Below, piece by piece: positions 29,050 through 32,000 of a DNA stretch of 32,000 bases. Below the pieces are notes generated by a model. It was not told the origin of the DNA, did not search any database, and saw only the letters and a program-made list of their open reading frames with translations. The position numbers were made by a program, and so were the translations under genes. Position 1 is the first letter of the stretch. Each line of letters opens with the position of its first letter. Source of the stretch: Calothrix sp. PCC 7716 (lineage in GTDB: Bacteria; Cyanobacteriota; Cyanobacteriia; Cyanobacteriales; Nostocaceae); contig AP025018.1 in NCBI GenBank assembly GCA_019977735.1, forward strand, positions 4,746,580-4,778,579. Reading direction: 5' to 3'.

Positions 29050-30884
29050 GTAAGAATTCAGGTAACCAGTGGGTGCCTCCTCTCCAAGACTTTAAGCGAG
29101 TGACACCCGAAGGGTGTCACGGCGCCATAAAAACGCTCATAAAAAAGTATAAACAGAACTTAAGAGAAAAGATAACAATTACTTTAAGGCGCACGTTTTA
29201 ACAAAACGTATATAGGTACAGAAATTTTACCCATAATCAAGGTCGTAATTTAAGGAATTAAAGATGGTGCTTGTATTTTTGGGTTGACGATTGCTTGTAG
29301 AGCTTGCTCAAAAAATTCAATCACGGAACGCCCTTGGCGCCGACAAGTTTGTACAATCGTCAATAAATTAGCAGTATGTTGGAACCGCTCCATAGAACGA
29401 GAACCTCCACTAACTTTTCTTTTTGTTACAGCTAAACGTAACGTTCGTTCCGCTTGATTATTATCAGGTGGTATCTCTGGATGTTCTAAAAAGTACCACC
29501 ATTGATGTGCTTTGTCTCGCAAACAACGTAAAAGCTTGCCCGCTTCGCCTCCCGCTGTATCAATCCATTCATTTATGGAAGATTCGACTTTTACTTTAAA
29601 CTCAGATGCCCAACTAAAGAAATCCAAAATATCTTGTTCTTGTTGGAACTCCGCGTAGTGTCTAAACGCTTCATCGATTAACTTGACAAAAGCTTCCCCT
29701 ATTTTTAGGTTGTTTAAGCCAGGAAGTTTCATTAATTTTTTGAAGTGGCGCCGTAAATGCGCTAGACATTTTTGTTGGGCTTTTACATCATAGCCGTTAT
29801 AAACACTATAATCGTCAGAACTAAGCACACCATTATAATTTGGTCCAAGAATCATTTCTAGCTCCGCGCGCGAGCGAGTGTCTGCCGCATGGAACAAGGC
29901 AAAATCAGTATTTGCAAAAATCCACAACCATTCTTTTACACCTTTAACAATCCAAGGTGTTTCATCAGAATGTATGTTTGGTTGATTATCTTGTATCCAG
30001 TCTTTAAGGTCTGAGACGCTTTTACTGATTGCTGCATCTATTCTTTCATTTGTAGTAACAAGGGTTCCAACCCCAATTTCAATCTTCCCTAACTCCCACA
30101 AAAGCTCTTGTTGCTTTTCATAGGACAAATGTCCATAATTATTCATCCACCCCAACAAAGCCTGTAAATTTATTCCTAAGTCTTGACCCGGAACCATATT
30201 AATAGACCAGTCTGCAGTTTGCTCGGTACCGCAATTCCCGCATAAACATGTATGGCGATGATACTCAACTATTTCAATTGGGCGCTCCACCAACTGCGCT
30301 ACTTGCTGTGTTTCAATTTTTATTGGCTCTGTTACAAAACACGCATTGCCGCAGCAGCTACAAACTTCTGGGCGTAAAATTTCCAAACGGTCAACTCTGC
30401 CAAAACCCTTACGGGTTTTACCCACGTGACCTGGTTGACCTCCTGGTTTACGTTTTGGCGCCTCTGGGTCTGAGTTGGTATTATCTTCTTTCTTTTCTGG
30501 TTTTTTAAGGATATCTCCAGATGGAGGTTTTGATGAGGTTTTGCTATCTAGGCTTTGACTTACTTTTAGCCGCTTTACTTCGGCTTCAAGCTCTGTAATT
30601 ACTTTTTTTAATTCTTGAATTGACTCGCCCTGCTCAATTACCATATCCACCAGTTGTTCCTGTGGCAACTGGAAGAGGTTTTCGCGACTTAGTTTGAGAG
30701 GCTCGTTTTTATCCATAATGAAAGATAATCTGCCCTCATGTTACCTTTGTCAAGACCCACCAGACCAACCGCAGCGTTTTTTACGTACTTGTTTATTTAA
30801 TTTTTATGGCACCGTGACACCCTTCGGGTGTCACTCGCTTAAAGTTTTGTGGAGGAGGTGCCCACTGGTCACCTGAATCCTTAC
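29050..30884 (-). mobile_element. IS66-family insertion sequence (single-ORF type), ~1.84 kb
   Basis: ~83-bp imperfect terminal inverted repeats 29050-29132 / 30802-30884 starting GTAAG(A/G)ATTCAGGT(A/G)ACCAGTGGG; transposase within. Confidence 0.85.
29250..30716 (-). CDS. IS66-family transposase
   Basis: 488 aa; SKPPSGD...PKRKPGGQPGHVGKTR, CxCG zinc motif, HSDETPWIVKGVKEWLWIF, GVLSSDDYSVYNGYD, QKCLAHLRRHFKKL, DNNQAERTLRLAVTKRKVSGGSRS. Confidence 0.93.
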   Translation of the reverse strand: MDKNEPLKLSRENLFQLPQEQLVDMVIEQGESIQELKKVITELEAEVKRLKVSQSLDSKTSSKPPSGDILKKPEKKEDNTNSDPEAPKRKPGGQPGHVGKTRKGFGRVDRLEILRPEVCSCCGNACFVTEPIKIETQQVAQLVERPIEIVEYHRHTCLCGNCGTEQTADWSINMVPGQDLGINLQALLGWMNNYGHLSYEKQQELLWELGKIEIGVGTLVTTNERIDAAISKSVSDLKDWIQDNQPNIHSDETPWIVKGVKEWLWIFANTDFALFHAADTRSRAELEMILGPNYNGVLSSDDYSVYNGYDVKAQQKCLAHLRRHFKKLMKLPGLNNLKIGEAFVKLIDEAFRHYAEFQQEQDILDFFSWASEFKVKVESSINEWIDTAGGEAGKLLRCLRDKAHQWWYFLEHPEIPPDNNQAERTLRLAVTKRKVSGGSRSMERFQHTANLLTIVQTCRRQGRSVIEFFEQALQAIVNPKIQAPSLIP

Positions 30885-31002
30885 GATACAATCGTTTATC
30901 TGACTGAAAGTACCTCAACATGTCATTAATTTCGCAATAACTCACAAAAAGCGTCTCAATTAATGGAATAATGGTTTAGATATTAATTAAGCTTGGTCGA
31001 TT

Positions 31003-32000
31003 ATGCGAGACTTTAGCCAACTTTTAAATGAACGCTCTCAAACAATTGTTTCGCAATGGGTAAAGGCAGTTGCTCAAAGCCGAGAGATTACAAGTACAGA
31101 TGGAATGTCTCGCTCTGCCATTCGTAATCATATCGATCAAGTTCTGGCGGCACTGGTATCTGTTTTGGCACAAGATCAACAAAGTGACGTACCTCTAGCT
31201 ATCACAGCCAGCTTGACACATGGAAAATGGCGGGCAGATCAAGGATTTGATCCGGCAGAAATTGCTCAAGAGTATCGTTTACTGCGATTAACAATTCAAG
31301 CCGCAATTCAGCCAGATTTAATGCAAGGAACAGCACAGGAAGCCGTGAGAGCGATGACCATGATTGATGAAGTAATCGATACGGCGATTGCTTATTGCTT
31401 TCAAAGTTACGTTGCCGAACGCATTGAAGAACTCGGTCAAATTCAGGAACAGTTAAATATTACTATCAAAGAACTGACTCGCTTAGTCAAAGCCAGCCAA
31501 GACAATCTTTCGATGCTTGCCCATGAGGTCAAGTCACCTTTATCTGCCATTATAGGCTACGCTGAACTGTTTTTGCGACAACAACGGATGCAGCAACGAG
31601 ACACGATATTAAACTATGAAGCGATCAAGCGCATTATTCGTGCCGGACAAGGGTTACTACACCTGATCAACGATACTTTAGAACTCTCCCGTGCCAGTGA
31701 TGGAGCGATGAAAATTAATCCGGTAAAGATTTCAGTTTCAGAGTTATTGGATAGCATAATCTCAATTATGCAACCCTTGGCGCTCGACCGCAGTTTAGAA
31801 CTTATATTACAGATTGACGATGCACCGGAAACAGTGGTGAGCGATTCGATTAAGCTCCAACAAGTTCTTATTAATCTAATCGCAAATTCAATTCAATATA
31901 CTCAAGTCGGCAGCATCAGTATCACCTGTTGGTGTCCCACACCCGATCTATGGGCAGTTGCAGTGGCAGATACTGGTGTAGGAATTGCACCAGAGGAGCA
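31003..32000 (+). CDS. Partial sensor histidine kinase with RsbRD-like N-terminal domain, running off the window end
   Basis: My translation from ATG 31003: MRDFSQLLNERSQTIVSQWVKAVAQSREITSTDGMSRSAIRNHIDQVLAAL...; SMLAHEVKSPLSAIIGYAELFL (H box); INLIANSIQYTQ (N box); VADTGVGIAPEE. Not in the supplied ORF track because it has no stop. Confidence 0.85.
   Translation, partial: MRDFSQLLNERSQTIVSQWVKAVAQSREITSTDGMSRSAIRNHIDQVLAALVSVLAQDQQSDVPLAITASLTHGKWRADQGFDPAEIAQEYRLLRLTIQAAIQPDLMQGTAQEAVRAMTMIDEVIDTAIAYCFQSYVAERIEELGQIQEQLNITIKELTRLVKASQDNLSMLAHEVKSPLSAIIGYAELFLRQQRMQQRDTILNYEAIKRIIRAGQGLLHLINDTLELSRASDGAMKINPVKISVSELLDSIISIMQPLALDRSLELILQIDDAPETVVSDSIKLQQVLINLIANSIQYTQVGSISITCWCPTPDLWAVAVADTGVGIAPEE

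Noticed and set aside
28995-29201. 69-aa ORF at 28995-29201
   Set aside because: Crosses the IS66 left terminal inverted repeat and translates repeat sequence; not a credible gene.
1-32000. tRNA, rRNA or diversity-generating retroelement/toxin-antitoxin defence island
   Set aside because: No cloverleaf-like or rRNA sequence, reverse transcriptase, or recognisable toxin partner was identified by eye; the RHH-like genes alone do not support a toxin-antitoxin call.

Overview
This looks like an accessory (plasmid- or island-like) region of a filamentous cyanobacterium; that assignment is inferred from protein character. I recognise these parts: (i) 42-4412, minus strand: a compact, overlapping operon of small membrane proteins ending in an NlpC/P60-like hydrolase, possibly conjugation or envelope related. 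(ii) 5.2-12.4 kb: a GNAT acetyltransferase, an Rpn/PD-(D/E)XK 'transposase-like' nuclease, a winged-helix plasmid-replication-like protein, and two small ribbon-helix-helix-type proteins. (iii) 12,868-19,573: a ~6.7 kb element with five tightly coupled genes: three different tyrosine recombinases, a Tn554 TnpC/DUF6262-like protein and a DnaB-type replicative helicase. (iv) 20.8-28.9 kb: multidomain histidine kinases, some deleted or decayed. (v) 29,050-30,884: an IS66-type insertion sequence. (vi) From 31,003 to the window edge: a partial histidine kinase missing from the ORF track. The main finding is that the recombinase/DnaB element splits one host gene. The 82-aa ORF at 12,642 ends ...KQWLDSNQFG and the ORF at 19,507 resumes ...FGASAYIARSAMQLHNW. 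Both junctions carry AGTTTGG, and removing one repeat plus the intervening 6,706 bp restores a continuous 482-aa reading frame. The geometry resembles the gene-interrupting excision elements of heterocystous cyanobacteria, but the recombinase-trio + TnpC-like + DnaB cargo is unusual. A second genome-scale signal is strong over-representation of the palindrome GGCGCC across the window. It is nearly absent from the element.
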